Assembly: GCF_006345805.1 (NCBI RefSeq)
Contig: NC_043009.1
Coordinates: 40,982,001 to 41,046,000 of the forward strand
DNA length: 64,000 bases
From: Octopus sinensis
Lineage: Eukaryota
Direction of reading: 5' to 3'
A model generated the notes under the pieces. It did not search any database, was not told the origin of the DNA, and was given only the letters and a program-made list of their open reading frames with translations. Shown here one piece after another: positions 24,901-38,350 of this stretch (positions within the stretch are counted from its first letter, which is position 1; each line of letters opens with the position of its first letter). The translations under genes and the position numbers were made by a program.

Positions 24901-25639
24901 AATCAAAGAATATATATATATATATAATATATATATATTATATATATATATATATATATGTATATTTATATATATATAGATATAGATACATACATTTATA
25001 TACTATCACACACATATACATATATATATATTGTAAATATATATAGATACACACACACACATATACATATATACATATATATATAGATATATGTGTGTGT
25101 GTGTGTGTGTGTGGATATATATATATATATATATATATAAATACATATAAATATATATACACACATATATATGGGAACAGGCATGGCTTTGTGGTTCAGA
25201 TGCTAGCTTCCCAACCATGTGATTCTGATTTCAGTCCCAGTACACAGCACCAGTAAGAATTTCTTACAATAGCCTCAGTATGGCCCAAGCCTGAGAAAAT
25301 GAAAGAAGCCTATCATTCATATATATATATATATAATATATATATATATACATATACATGTGTGTGTGTGTGAGATCATCATCATTACTTAGAGTCTGCT
25401 TTCCATGCTGGCATGGGTTAGACGGTTTGACTGGAACTGGTAAGCCAGGAAGCTGCACCAGGTTCCAATCTGACATGGCATAGTTTCTACAGCTTGATGT
25501 CCTTCCTAACGCCAACCACTCTAAGAGTATAATGGGTGCCTTTTACATGCCAACGGCACAGGTGCCATTAGCTTGACACTGGTGACTATTCTACATTACA
25601 CCCTTATTCTACATATATACACACACACATATATATAAT

Positions 25640-25875
25640 ATAATTTGGGTAATAACCTTATAATGTGCTTTCCTTACTGTATTTATTTTGAGAAGTATGA
25701 CAAAGTATATACTAAAATAACTTAGTTATAATTAAGCTAGTGTTAGGAACATAAATTGTGACTAAAGGTTTGGTAGAAGATTTTAATTCAGAACTTATGA
25801 AAACAAGACATTTGTATTACAAAGCCATAGCCGGTTTCAGCCGGGTTGGTAACAAAATGATTAAACCAGTTCATC
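25640..25875 (-). mobile_element. piggyBac-type MITE, same family as 37329-37680
   Basis: Reverse complement of ttgttaccaacccggctgaaaccggct..ttcctaacactagcttaattataactaagttattt. Confidence 0.75.
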
Positions 25876-25987
25876 ACACCTTCTTGTATTATATATATAT
25901 ACACAAATATTTCAATAATTATATACCTATATTTTAATGATATTTTAATACTTTAACAAATACATATATTGTTGCAATCAAGCCTTA

Positions 25988-28849
25988 TGCATAGCACTCA
26001 CAGAAACGCACCTGAAACCGGACATAGCAGATGCGGAGTTACACATACCACAGTATGCTGTACTACGGACTGACAGGAAAGAAAGGAGTCATGGAGGTGT
26101 TGCTATGTACATCCGTGAGGACCTCACACCCCAGGTCCTCTTGTCATACTCAAACTCGGTGTGTGACACACTAATTGTACATATTAGGCAACTTGATGTA
26201 GTTGTGTGTGCTACATATCGCCCTCCAGATGCCCCAAGCCATGTGGGCAAGTTTGAAGACTGCCTTATAAAAATAGAAGAAATTCTAACCACATTAGAAC
26301 AACACATAGGTGTGCTTCTTATGGGAGACTTCAATCTGCCCAATGTCAGATGGCCCGAGGGCCTTTCTCTCCCAGGAATGACAAGATGTGAACGAGGACA
26401 GGCGAGGTCCATCCTGAACCTCATCAACACCCTGTACATGGAGCAGGTAATACTCCAACCAACCAGGCAGGTAACACACTGGATCTCTGCTTCACAAATG
26501 ACATGGATCTCATCCATAATGTGAAAGTGACACCGACACTACTCTCGGATCACAACATGATAGAGCTGACCATGTACGGGCCAAAAGAGAGCACGGACAT
26601 GCAGCCTACAAGAAACCCTCAAAATCTTTCCAGCTTGAACTACCATAAGGCAAACTGGAAACAAATTGAGAAAGAGATCCTCAAACAAAACTGGCCTAAA
26701 TGTCTCTCCTCGCCAGACATCGACGTGAAACTTCAACAATTCATGTCTGTAATGCAAGCCATATGCTACAAATGTGTCCCAGAGAGAAAGGCCACTGTAC
26801 ACAAGAACAAAATCCCCAGAGAGAGGAAAATTTTAATGAGACGGCGTACAAAATTTTCAAATCGCCTAAACAAACAGATTGAAAGCAGTGAAAAGTCCCA
26901 CCTAAAAATAAAACTGTTGGAAATCGAAAAATGTCTGCAACTCTCCCATGAAAAGAAAGAGCAGACAAAGAAGCCTGGGCTATAGAAAACATAAAATCTA
27001 ACCCCAGAGCTTTCTACAGGTATGCCAAAGAAACAGCTACAGTGCACTGTAGAATAGGGCCACTCCTCGAAAAGGATGGCACACTTACAGGAAAACCAAT
27101 GAGGGTAAGTGAAATACTGAATGAGCAATTCAAGAGTGTTTTCACTCCACCCCTTGGGCATCTCCAAATCACCAACCCAACTGACTTTTTTACCACTGCA
27201 GATATAAAATCAGAGGCGGCGACGATAGATTACATCGATATAAAGGAAGACGATGTAACCAAGGCTATAGATGAAATGAAAACAGACTCAGCTACTGGCC
27301 CCGATGGATTCCCGGCAATCCTCCTAAAAGCATGTAAGAGAGTCCTAGCAAGACCACTGCAGTTCCTCTTTCAGAGCTTCCTTGCAGCTGGCAAACTTCC
27401 AGGAAAACTGAAGGAAGGTAAAATATGCCCCATTCATAAAGGAGGTAGCAGAGCGGAAGCCAAGAACTATAGACCTATCTCTCTGACCTCACACATCAGC
27501 AAGGTCATGGAACGAATAGTAAGAAGGAAGCTGATCACCTTCCTTGAAGAGAATGACTTGCTGCTGAAACGGCTGCTCAACCACTCAAATGTGGAAGTGA
27601 TATATCTCGACTTTGCAAAGGCCTTTGATAAAGTCGATCATGGAATGATATGTCACAAACTGCGTGATCTCAACATAGTTGGAAAACTGGGAGAATGGCT
27701 TCATGACTTTCTGAAGGATAGAAGTCAGGTGGTAGTAGCCAATGGGGCCACCTCCAATAACACACAAATAGTGAGCGGTGTTCCGCAGGGCACTGTTCTG
27801 GGACCACTACTGTTCATAATGGCCCTCTCAGACATGCCCTCAGCCACGTAGAGAGCCACGATCACAAGTTATGCAGATGATACAAAAGTTTCACAGGCAA
27901 TACAGAACCCTGAGGACACTAAACACCTGCAATGTGAGCTGGACGAAATATACAAGTGGGCTGAAAAGAATAGCATGCAGTTCAATGCTGGAAAGTTTCA
28001 AGTTTTATACTATCAGCATGCAAAACTGAATGCAATACCCAATGAATACACTGGACCCGGAGGGATTGCAATCCCAGAGGCACAATCAGTGCGTGACCTG
28101 GGTATTCACATGAGTGATGACGCGACCTTTCATGTACATGTTGCTAAACTGACAATGAAATGTAGACGGCTGGCTGGATGGATTCTTAGAACCTTTAGAA
28201 CAAGAGAACAAGAAACCATGATGGTCCTCTGGAAGACACTTGTCCTAAGCCACTTTGACTATTGCTCTCAGCTATGGTCACCATCCAGTGTCAAGTTGAT
28301 CACAGAACTTGAGGCGATCCAACGAAGCTACACGAAGAAGATAGCCTCTATGCAGAATGTAAGCTACTGGGAAAGACTCAAGAGATTAAAATTATATTCC
28401 CTGGAGCGTAGGCGGGAAAGATATGCCATAATATACATCTGGAAGATCCTGGAGGGAAGTGTCCTGAACTTTGGCATCGAGAGTTACGCAAATGCCAGAA
28501 CTGGGCGCCACTGCGTGGTGCCTAGGACTCCAAACCTGCCATCAAGATGTAGGACAAGATTCTGTGATAGCCTGGGCTTCCGAGGCCCACAGCTCTTCAA
28601 TATCCTCCCGAAGAACCTGAGAGACATGCATGGGGTGGATACAGATGTCTTTAAAATGAAGCTGGATCTCTTCCTGTCAGGTGTCCCAGATGAACCAACT
28701 TCACGGCAGGAGGGGCAGATGAGGGCAGCTGCATCGAACTCTCTCATGCACCAAATAGCAGTTGCTAGAAAGCCTCCATGAAGTGAAACCAAGTAGCAAC
28801 ACCAAATGGCGGTGCCCCAGCATGGCCACAGCTCATAAGTTGAAACTAG

Positions 28850-28886
<37 letters not shown>
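25988..28886 (+). mobile_element. 5'-truncated CR1/L2-group LINE with near-complete pseudogenised ORF2 (APE endonuclease + reverse transcriptase)
   Basis: IALTETHL..HGGVAMY..YRPPD..MGDFNLP../GNTLDLCFT..SDHN (endonuclease). GPDGFP..NYRPISLTS..YLDFAKAFDKVDH..GVPQGTVLGPLLF..YADD at 27870-27881 (RT). C-terminus to the stop at 28781, then an (AATC)n tail. Two 1-nt frameshifts (~26467, ~26952), a TAG at 27849 and an in-frame deletion near 27563. Confidence 0.95.
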
Positions 28887-28887
<1 letters not shown>

Positions 28888-29144
28888 ATATTAATATTTC
28901 CCTTATGCATTGCAAAACTAATAACCTGTTGTAGAACTCAATACGCATAAGTTTCAGAGTGAAATGTTAGATGAGTATACAACAGTAATAAGAAAAGGAG
29001 ATATTCGAAGCTCTGATGAGTTAGAAAGTGTTATTTAGATACTCAACTATGAGTCCACTGCATCTTACAGCAGAAACAACAGTAAGCTACTGAAGCTCAT
29101 AAGATAATCATTTATTATTTTGTCATTTATATATATATATATAT

Positions 29145-29182
<38 letters not shown>

Positions 29183-31701
29183 GAATTAATGCTACCATTG
29201 GTTTCATGCTAAGAAAAATAGAAAATATCTCAAGATCTGAAGATAATATTGAGCACTCACTTTCATTATTCAACATTTACACACACACACAGGTCTGTGT
29301 ATGTCTTTGTGTGAGTGTAAATATATGCCCCTAAGCCCCTGAAATGCTTAGTGGTATTTCGTCTATTGTTATGTTCTGAGTTCAAATTTCGCCGAGGTCC
29401 ACTTTACCTTTCATCCTTTCGGGGTCGATTAAATAAGTACCAGTTATGCACTGGGGTCAATGCAATCGACTTAATCCCTCTGTTTGTCCCCTCTGTGTTT
29501 AGCCCCTCGTGGGCAATAAAGAAATAAATATTACAAACCACATTATCAACTTTATTTCACCAACATTATCAAAATCACCTCTGCCTCCAAATATTACTAC
29601 ACACATTATATACACCACTTTAACATTATGAATATCAACTTTATACTCTCATTATTAACAAGAAAAAAAATCAACACCTTTTCACCAATATTAACAACAT
29701 CACTAAGGCCCCTCCACTATAATCTATAGCTGAGATATATCTCTTTTCACCAACATCATCAACTGCACCAGAACCCTTCACCACCACCACCACCACCACC
29801 ACCATCAGTGCCACCACCATCCATACATCATAAGCATACCCATCACTATCCCACACAGTTCTCATACTGTCCATCTGCCATGTCATTAGCACTCCCACCT
29901 CCATCAACATTAACCTCACTACCACCACTACAACGATCACCACCATTAAAATTTATCCTATCCACTTTTCTTCTCACTTCACCATTAACAACAACAACAC
30001 CAACGGTACCATTATAGTGGTTAGCAAGTGCCCCTTCCTGCCAATGCTTTCACAATCTCCCACATCCCAGCTTTACCGTTGTATTTTGAATGGCTTTTTT
30101 TCATTTTTGGTGTTTGCATATGCCAATATTTGAGAAAGAAAAATGAGTAGAAGAATTAAAGAGAAGGAAACCTTGCAGAGTTTCCACTCTCCATCTTTGA
30201 CTGTTTCTTGGACGATTTTATTCCAAGATAAATAATGACATAAAAATAGAAAGAAAGACAGTTGTTTTCCTATTAAAGATTTTCATAAAAATCTTTAGTC
30301 ATTTTAATTCTTTATTGATAAAGTGGTTTTTAAGTTTTAAAACTATTTTTCTTCATTATCTTATTTTGTTTACCAAAAAAAAAAAATAATAATAAATAAT
30401 AATAAAATAAATACCAATATGGAATTTAAACTCATAAAGTCAGCAAATAATTGAACACTGCTTGGAACATGTACAGACAAAGCCAGTTTACACGAATTTT
30501 AAACAACAAAAAAAATAAAGTCCATCACAGACATTCTGGCAGTTACTGGAATTGCAGGGAATAAGTTAATTCACTTGAAACTCATCAAAAATCCAAGAAG
30601 GAGCTCAGCTCTTGGGGATTAAAAAGGTGAAGCTATCTGATTATAATAATGAAGAATTTTATTCTTTATATTTTTTTTAAAGCTTTAATACAGAAATGAC
30701 AATGCTTGTTATACATTATCTGGAACATAATTTAAGACTGAGGAGCCAATCCCTGGCTTGTTTAGCCAAAGAATAGCTTTAGTGGCATTAGACTAAGGGA
30801 CTGGGGATGAAAAAGTCAACTTCCTGACACAAAAATGAAAACATTCAAGGATTGCTATTAATTGTATCAGGCTAATCAAAGATAAACTCATTAAAAAAGA
30901 AAAGGTATATATATATATATATATATACATATGTACACACACACAGAAAGGAGAGATGAGGAGTGAGTGAGAATATCAAGAAAAAGAGAAAAAAATATTG
31001 ATGAAATATTCTGGAATTGTTCCAATATAAAATGAAAATTCATTCAATTCTAAACTTTTTTTTTCTTTTAAAAAGGGAAAATGGCAATATTTTTCAAAGT
31101 AAAAAAAAAAAGTTAAAAAGAATTGGCAACAAAATTAGATGAAAATAATGAACATAGAGATTAAAAAAAAATTCTTAAAAAATTTCATTTAAAATATAGT
31201 ATTTAGTAAACAAAAAAATTCAGTATCTGAAATATTTTAAAACTATAATAGTAATTATTATTATTGTTGTTAATATTATTATTAATGATGGCTGAAGATT
31301 TAAATGACAGGAAATGACTAACTATAAAGAAAAATTTGTGGACTGAATAAGTTTTGAGTTGAATCTAGTTGAAATTCGTTATTGTTGATGTCAAAGAAAA
31401 TTTCTAATAGCTTCTCATAATTACAAACCCATTATGTTTTAAGAAGTCATCTTGTTTATATTATTACAGCAGACCAATTGAATGATGATGATGATGATGG
31501 CAACAATGATGTTGTTGTTGTTGTTAGTGGTGGTGTTGTTTTTGACTCAGGTCTGCCTTCATTTAAAAAATGCACAGATGAGCAAAAACTTTTTCATCAT
31601 ATAGAGCATGTCCATTGCAGTCAAGTCATGGCATAATGACTTGGTAGCATGTACCGTGCTTTTGTTAGTTGTTTAAGGTGTCTTTTGTAGAGATGAAGAA
31701 T

Positions 31702-31995
31702 GGAGGCACATGGCCTAGTGGTTAGAGCAGCGGACTCGCAGTCGAGAGATCGCGGGTTTGAATCTCAGACCGGGCGATTTGTGTGTTTATGAGCGAAACA
31801 CCTAAGCTCCACGTGGCTCCGGCAGAAGGTAATGGCGAGCTTCTGCTGACTCTTTTGCCACAACTTTCTCTCACTCTTTCCTCCTACATCTTGCAGCTCA
31901 CCTGTGACGGGCCGGCATCCCGTCCAGGTGGGAAACCTATACGCCAAGGAAACTGGGAAACTGGCCCTTATGAGCCAGGTGTGGCTCGAAGATGA
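31702..31995 (+). mobile_element. tRNA-derived SINE family D
   Basis: gaggcacatggcctagtggttagagcagcggactcgcag..ggtttgaatc (A and B boxes), followed by a non-tRNA body also seen at 55725-55975. Confidence 0.8.
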
Positions 31996-32404
31996 AGAGA
32001 TACAGATATCTTTCCAATCCACACAACCTCCTTTGGCTCAGAGGAACATATGAGATGTAACCATGTAAAATGCTGTACCTTGCTTAAGGATGTAACCTAC
32101 TGCCTGATTCAAGAATTTAGCTAACAATCTTCTGTTTGTGAGTTCAACACCCTAGCTACAAAGCCATGCACCTTCCCAGTTGAATTTCTGAGTCAGGTAG
32201 TGGGTTGAATCCTTGAGCAAGTCACTCTGTTTCATGTTGCTCCATCCAGTCTACTCCACATCGTGTATCTAGAATAAAATGATCCCGTCTATAAAGACAA
32301 CAACATGTGAAGTGTCAAGGGATCAAACTAATATAAAGAAAGCTTTATCAATTATTTACTAGTGAGGCACCCATTCTGGTGACATGTAAAAGGTATCTGA
32401 TAAA

Positions 32405-32900
32405 TCATCATCATCATCATCATTTAACGTCCGCTTTCCATGCTGGCATGTGTTGGATGGTTTGCCTGAGGGCTGGCGAACCAGATGGCTGCAGCAGCCT
32501 CCAATATTGATCTGGCAGAGTTTCTGCAGCTGGGTGCCCTTCCTAACGCCAACCACTCCTAGAGTGTAGTGGGTACTTTTATGTGCCACCGGCACGGGGG
32601 CCAGTCAGGCGGTACTGGCAACAACCTCGCTCGAATCTTTTTACACATGCTACCGGCACAGGTGCCAGTAAGGCAATGTTGGTAATGATCACGTTCGAAC
32701 GGTGCCTTTTACATGCCACCGGCACGGAGGCCAGTTAGCTGCTCTGGGAAATGATTGGCATTAAGAAGGACATCCAGCCATAAAAATTAAGCCGGAATGA
32801 AATGGAGCCTGGTGCAGCTTTCCAGCATACCAGCTCCAGTCAAACATTCTAACCCATGCTAGCATGGAAAACAAACACTAAATTATGATGGTGATGATTT
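32405..32900. mobile_element. Two SINE family B copies in inverted orientation
   Basis: Minus copy 32405-32750 (catcatcatttaacgtccgctttccatgc..) and plus copy 32755-32900 (..cccatgctagcatggaaaac..gatggtgatg). Confidence 0.75.
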
Positions 32901-33065
32901 ATTGATAACGTCAACAAGTTTTATTTGGAATGAATGTATAGTTCTTAGAGTGAACTGACACTCATTATAGCACCCTGAATGACTCCACCTTAATTCGTAA
33001 ATTTTAAACAGGTAGTCCAATTATTTCATAATTCTCTATGTTGTTTCAAATTATATCTAACTTAC

Positions 33066-33092
33066 CATGAGTCGATGGCAAAAGCTGGGGAC
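33066..33092 (-). CDS. Candidate 27-nt micro-exon (VPSFCHRLM), unverified
   Basis: Acceptor ctctcacacaccctctataatag, donor ATG|gtaagtt, phase 0-0. Confidence 0.3.
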
Positions 33093-33431
33093 CTATTATA
33101 GAGGGTGTGTGAGAGCAATTTTTACTTCTCTGGTGAAACAGATTGTTGTGCAACTATGTAGGAAGTACTAAACACCATCACCACCAATGCCACCAGTTTA
33201 CAAAAAAACACTAGTTTAGCAACAGCTTCATGAGAATAACTGAACAATAAACTTCAGAAATCAGTAAAACATCTCCACCTGCCTCCCATCCTTCGCTTTT
33301 CAGAACCAAACTAGAGACAAAGAACCAATTATACAGCATGTTTCCTAAGTCTCATTCTTCGTGGTGTCCTTCAGCTGCCAGCATCTCTCTTAGACATTAA
33401 ACCATTTATTTTCTTATTCCTGCTTTCTTAC

Positions 33432-33467
33432 TTGCCTGTAAGCGAACTGGCTTAAAGAGAGAAACAT
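33432..33467 (-). CDS. Candidate start-codon exon (MFLSLSQFAYRQ), unverified
   Basis: Acceptor cctcacttttcacag|G ATG, donor CAA|gtaaga; in frame with 33066-33092. Confidence 0.3.
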
Positions 33468-33909
33468 CCTGTGAAAAGTGAGGTTGTTTGGTGCATACAT
33501 TAATAACAGGTGCAGCAATGAAACCCCTGTATTTATCTTATGACTAACTTCTTTGGGAATATATTCTACATTGTGTACTTGTTGCCAATGCCATTCTCAT
33601 TCCTCCTCCACTAGCCTAACAAATAATAATAATAATAATAATAATAATGAAAAATGATAATAATAGTAAAAATAATAAAAATAATAATAATAACTGTTGT
33701 TACTATTACTATTATTATTAATAATTTGATTATTGTTTTCAGTGTTGATATTACTATTTCCTCCTAGGAAACTGGAAAAGGTAGAATTTGTGATGAAGCA
33801 AATGAAAAAATAAAGAAAAAAAAGGACATGGAACAAAATAAATGAAGAAATGAAAAACAAAATTCTTCACTTTCATTCTGTATTTTTTGGTTCCTGTCAA
33901 ACTCCACAC

Positions 33910-33914
<5 letters not shown>

Positions 33915-33941
<27 letters not shown>

Positions 33942-34065
33942 CTGTGTATGTATGTGTGTTTGTATATGTATCTGTATATATATATGTATATATGTATATA
34001 TTATATATATATATCTGTGTGTGTATATGTGTGTGTATATGTATCTGTATATATATACATATATA

Positions 34066-34127
<62 letters not shown>

Positions 34128-34144
34128 CTGTATGTGTATATGTA

Positions 34145-34184
<40 letters not shown>

Positions 34185-34405
34185 CTGTGTGTATATGTAT
34201 CTGTGTATATATATATATATATATTATATATATATATATATATATAATGTGTGTGTATATGTATCTGTATATATATATATGTGTGTGTGAGTGTGCGTAT
34301 ATTTAAATTTCGTTTTTGGATTTGGTTTGCAAGATTCTTTATGTGAGTTTGTGTGTTGAAGCATATTCTGTTGTGTCTGGGGAGAGTCATTCACTTTTGG
34401 TACCT

Positions 34406-34448
<43 letters not shown>

Positions 34449-34460
34449 CATATATATTTA
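33915..34460. repeat. (TA)n/(TG)n microsatellite field
   Basis: Directly visible. Confidence 0.95.
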
Positions 34461-34714
34461 TAAACAAGAAATCCCAAATACTGTTGCATATATGTACAGA
34501 ACAGTAAAACTTCGTGAAAATGTTTAAGACATTTATAAATGACTAACATGCCAAACATAAAGTATAGAGAAATTTAAACGAACTATATTATATTCCTAAA
34601 AGACCAAAACATAAGTTCCATGCATGTAAAATACACATCATTCTCTCTCTCTCTCTCTGGCCTTGACAGAAACTATTCTACAAATGCTATTAATAATAAA
34701 ATAAAATAAATGTA

Positions 34715-35385
34715 CCCTTTTTAAAACCTAGCCAAGCTCATGGGCCCAGTTTCCTGGTTTCAATGGCGTATGTGCTCCCCAGCTGGATGGGACGCCAGTC
34801 CATCGAAGCATTACTCATTTTTGCCAGCTGAGTAGACTGGAGCAACGTGAAATGAACACAACGATTCGCCCGGTCCAGGAATTGAAAACACAATCTTATG
34901 ATCATGATGCTGACACCCTAACCACTAACCTCCACATTAACACATAATAAAGTGACTTCCTTACTCTTTTATTTGTTTCAGTCATTTGACTGTGGCCATG
35001 CTGGAGCACCGCCTTTAGATGACCAAATCGACCCCAGGACTTATTCTTTGTAAGCCTAGTACTTATTCTATCAGTCTCTTAAGCTGAACTGCTAAGTTAT
35101 GGGGACGTAAACACACCAGCATCGGTTGTCAAGCGATGTTGGGGGGGACAAACACAGACACAAATATATACACACACATGTATGTATATATATATATATA
35201 TATTATATATATATACATACATATATATGATGGGTTTCTTTCAGTTTCCGTCTACCAAATCCACTCACAAGGCTTTGGTTGGCCCGAGGCTATAGTAGAA
35301 GACACTTGCCCAAGGTGCCACGCAGTGAGACTGAACCCGGAACCATGTAGTTCGTTAGCAAGCTACTTACCACACAGCCACTCCT
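34715..35385 (-). mobile_element. Adjacent SINE D (34715-34935) and SINE A (34960-35385)
   Basis: Family motifs as described above. Confidence 0.8.
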
Positions 35386-36118
35386 TGTTAGTTAATTGCT
35401 GTTATTGTCGCTGTTGTTGTTGTTATTGTTAATGTTAAATGCTGTTGCAGTAGTTGTTGTTGCTATTGTAATTATTAGTGGTAAAGAATTATCTGTCCCC
35501 CACAATAATGGCAGCAAGAAGAATTAACTGTCCCTCCCGCTGCACTAACTTTGCCGCCGCCGCCGCTGCCATCGCCACTACCCCCATGACCACCACCACC
35601 ACCACTACTACACAATGACACCTCTAAGAAAGCCAACTTCAACAGCAATTATCTACTATTCACAAACTTCCTACAAACATATCATCTGTTTCATTGCATT
35701 TCAACACAGTTTAATTTTTCTCATAAAAATCAAAACAAACCCGTTTGTTCAATACATTCTGTCCTTATTAATTGTCTCCCTTCTCTCTCTCTCTCTCTTT
35801 CACCTCCCACTCTTTCTTTCTTCCTCTGTCCCCGCATTCTTTCTCCCACCCCCCTCACCCCTTCCCACCACCCCTGTACCACCGACAAAGACTTAGCACA
35901 TTGCTATGCATACGTAAGCATAAGTTTTAAATATGCATAAGAATGCACAATACACACACATATGTGCATGTATGGATATGTATGAACACACTATACACAC
36001 ATGCATATGTACGTGTGGGTGTGTGTGTATATATAAGTATTTAAATATATTTATAAAACAAAACGCGTGAGCTTATACATACATATATACATATATATAT
36101 ATACATACACATATATAC

Positions 36119-36210
<92 letters not shown>

Positions 36211-36569
36211 GGATAGAAAGATAGATAGATAGATAGATGCATACATATATACATACACACACAACTATTTTAAATAAACAAAGAGTGACAGAAACATATG
36301 CACGTAGCAGATATTCATTCATATATTCAAATACATACGTACACAGGTGTGTGAATGTATATACATACATATATACACATATGTATGGACACACCTAACT
36401 ATGAAAATACATAGATAGATACATATATACAGATGTATATACATACACACTCATGCACATACAGATTTATAAGTCTGCATACACACACATACACACACAT
36501 ACGGATATATGCACATAGCTGCATACATTATACGCACATTACAAGACAACTCATTCAGATGAGTACGAA

Positions 36570-36622
36570 ATGAAGAAGAAGAAGAAGAAGAAGAAGAAGA
36601 AGAAGAAGAAGAAGAAGAAGAA
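36570..36622. repeat. Pure (GAA)n tract
   Basis: Directly visible. Confidence 0.95.
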
Positions 36623-37328
36623 ACTTTAGCTATTATCATATACAAAGAAGACTTTGCAAATTGCAGCAAAGAGAAGAGATTTCCTAAGGGGGAGATGCAA
36701 ATTAGTTGAAAGATTAACACAAGAATCTTTTATGCCGGATTACAAGGGTATAAGTTCTTGCCGAAAGCGCCAAAAAACCTTTTCACATGCTTCCTTCCTC
36801 ACTTCCTTCCTTCCTTCCTTTACCTTCATCGAGTTTTATTTTTCACAAATTTGTGGTTGTTTTCCTTCTTTATTTTTTATTTTTTTTTTTATCCTTTGAC
36901 ATTTTCACGTAAGTTAGAGAACGTCACATAGTTTTATATATTCAGTAAAATAAAACTGCCTAATTACCATAGAGCCAGTGAACCATATAAGCATTACAAT
37001 CTAAATCTTATTAAATCTTATTCACTCGTAGACTGAATCAGCATCATCATCATCATCATCACCATCGTTATCATCATCATCAACATTATCGTTATCATCA
37101 ATGGCACTTCGTCGGCTACGACGACGAGTGCCCCAGTTGATTCGATGAACAAAATTGCCTTCTCATGAAATTAACGTGTAAGTGGCTGTGTACTCCACAG
37201 ACAGGTGTACACTTAACATAGTTTTCAAGGAGATTCAGCATGACAAAGAATGTGACAAGGCTGGCCCTCTGAAATACAGGTGCTACTGATTTTGGTCAGC
37301 TGAGTGCATTGGAGCAAAGTGAAATTAA

Positions 37329-37680
37329 CCCTTTTGTTACCAACCCGGCTGAAACCGGCTCTGGCCTCTGTAGTACAAATGTCTTGTTTTCATAAGTTTT
37401 GAATTAAAATCTTCTACCAAACCTTTAGTCACAATTTATGTGGGATGAATTGGTTTAATCATTTTGTTACCAACCCGGCTGAAACCGGCTCTGGCCTTGT
37501 AGCACAAATGTCTTATTTTTAAAGGTTCTGAATTAAAATCTTCCACCAAACCTTTAGTCACAATTTATGTTCCTAACACTAGCTTAATTATAACTAAGTT
37601 ATTTTACTAAATTCTTTGTTATATTTAAAATAATTGAAAGAAACACAGAGTATCTCAAAATAAATACAGTAACAAAAGGT
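37329..37680 (+). mobile_element. piggyBac-type MITE with TTAA TSD and an internal ~110-bp duplication
   Basis: TTAA at 37325-28, CCCTTTTGTTAC ... GTAACAAAAGGT, TTAA at 37681-84. Confidence 0.85.
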
Positions 37681-38086
37681 TTAAATATCTTGCTCAAAGT
37701 ACACAATATGCTGTCAGGTATTGAACTCACAAATGTGAACTGAAAATCCTAACCAGTAAGCCACACATCCGGCTTAGTTGTCAGTGGTATTTGCCTCATG
37801 ATCGTAAGGTCCTGAGTTTGATTCCTAGCAGTCGTTATTGTTTAACATGGCGCCATTGTAACAGAATGTCAGCTGTCGATAACCATTGAACTGAGTTAAT
37901 ATTCTTCATTCAGATTTTGAGAACTCTGCAGAGAATTCCTGCAGTTACAAGCAACACTATTTAGATACCCCACCTTCACATTTATTCCTGTCTTTTCAAT
38001 TCAATTGTGAGCATTGTACTTGCAGTATCTGTTATGATGCGGGTATACACATCTGGTGTAAAATGGTGTTACACAAATAAATAGTT

Positions 38087-38295
38087 ACTCTTTTACTTGT
38101 TTCAGTCACTTTGACTGTGGTCATGCTGGAGCACTGCCTTTAGTTGAGCAAATCGACCCGAGGAGTTAGTCTTCGTAAGCCTAGTACTTATTCTATCGGT
38201 CTCTTTTGCCGAACCGCTAAGTTACAGGGACGTAAACACATCAGCATCGGTTGTCAAGCGATGTTGGGGGTACAAACACAGACACGCAAACATAT

Positions 38296-38350
<55 letters not shown>

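Noticed and set aside
25983-28910. CCTTATGCAT at both ends of the large LINE as a TSD
   Set aside because: The right copy lies ~15 nt beyond the (AATC)n tail and the left copy overlaps the element's first codons; the geometry is not that of a TSD.
29010-29035. Other CTGATGA motifs (7856, ~24035, ~29013, ~58465, and on minus ~16150)
   Set aside because: No stem II, GAAA or stem III arrangement; the 16150 hit is RTE coding sequence.
31702-31775. tRNA gene
   Set aside because: It has A and B boxes but no acceptor-stem pairing, and it continues into a repeated SINE body. The same applies to the other SINE heads.
37845-37859. Palindromic ATGGCGCCAT (YY1-like or start-codon context)
   Set aside because: Both strands hit a stop within five codons, and a single 10-mer is not enough to call a promoter.
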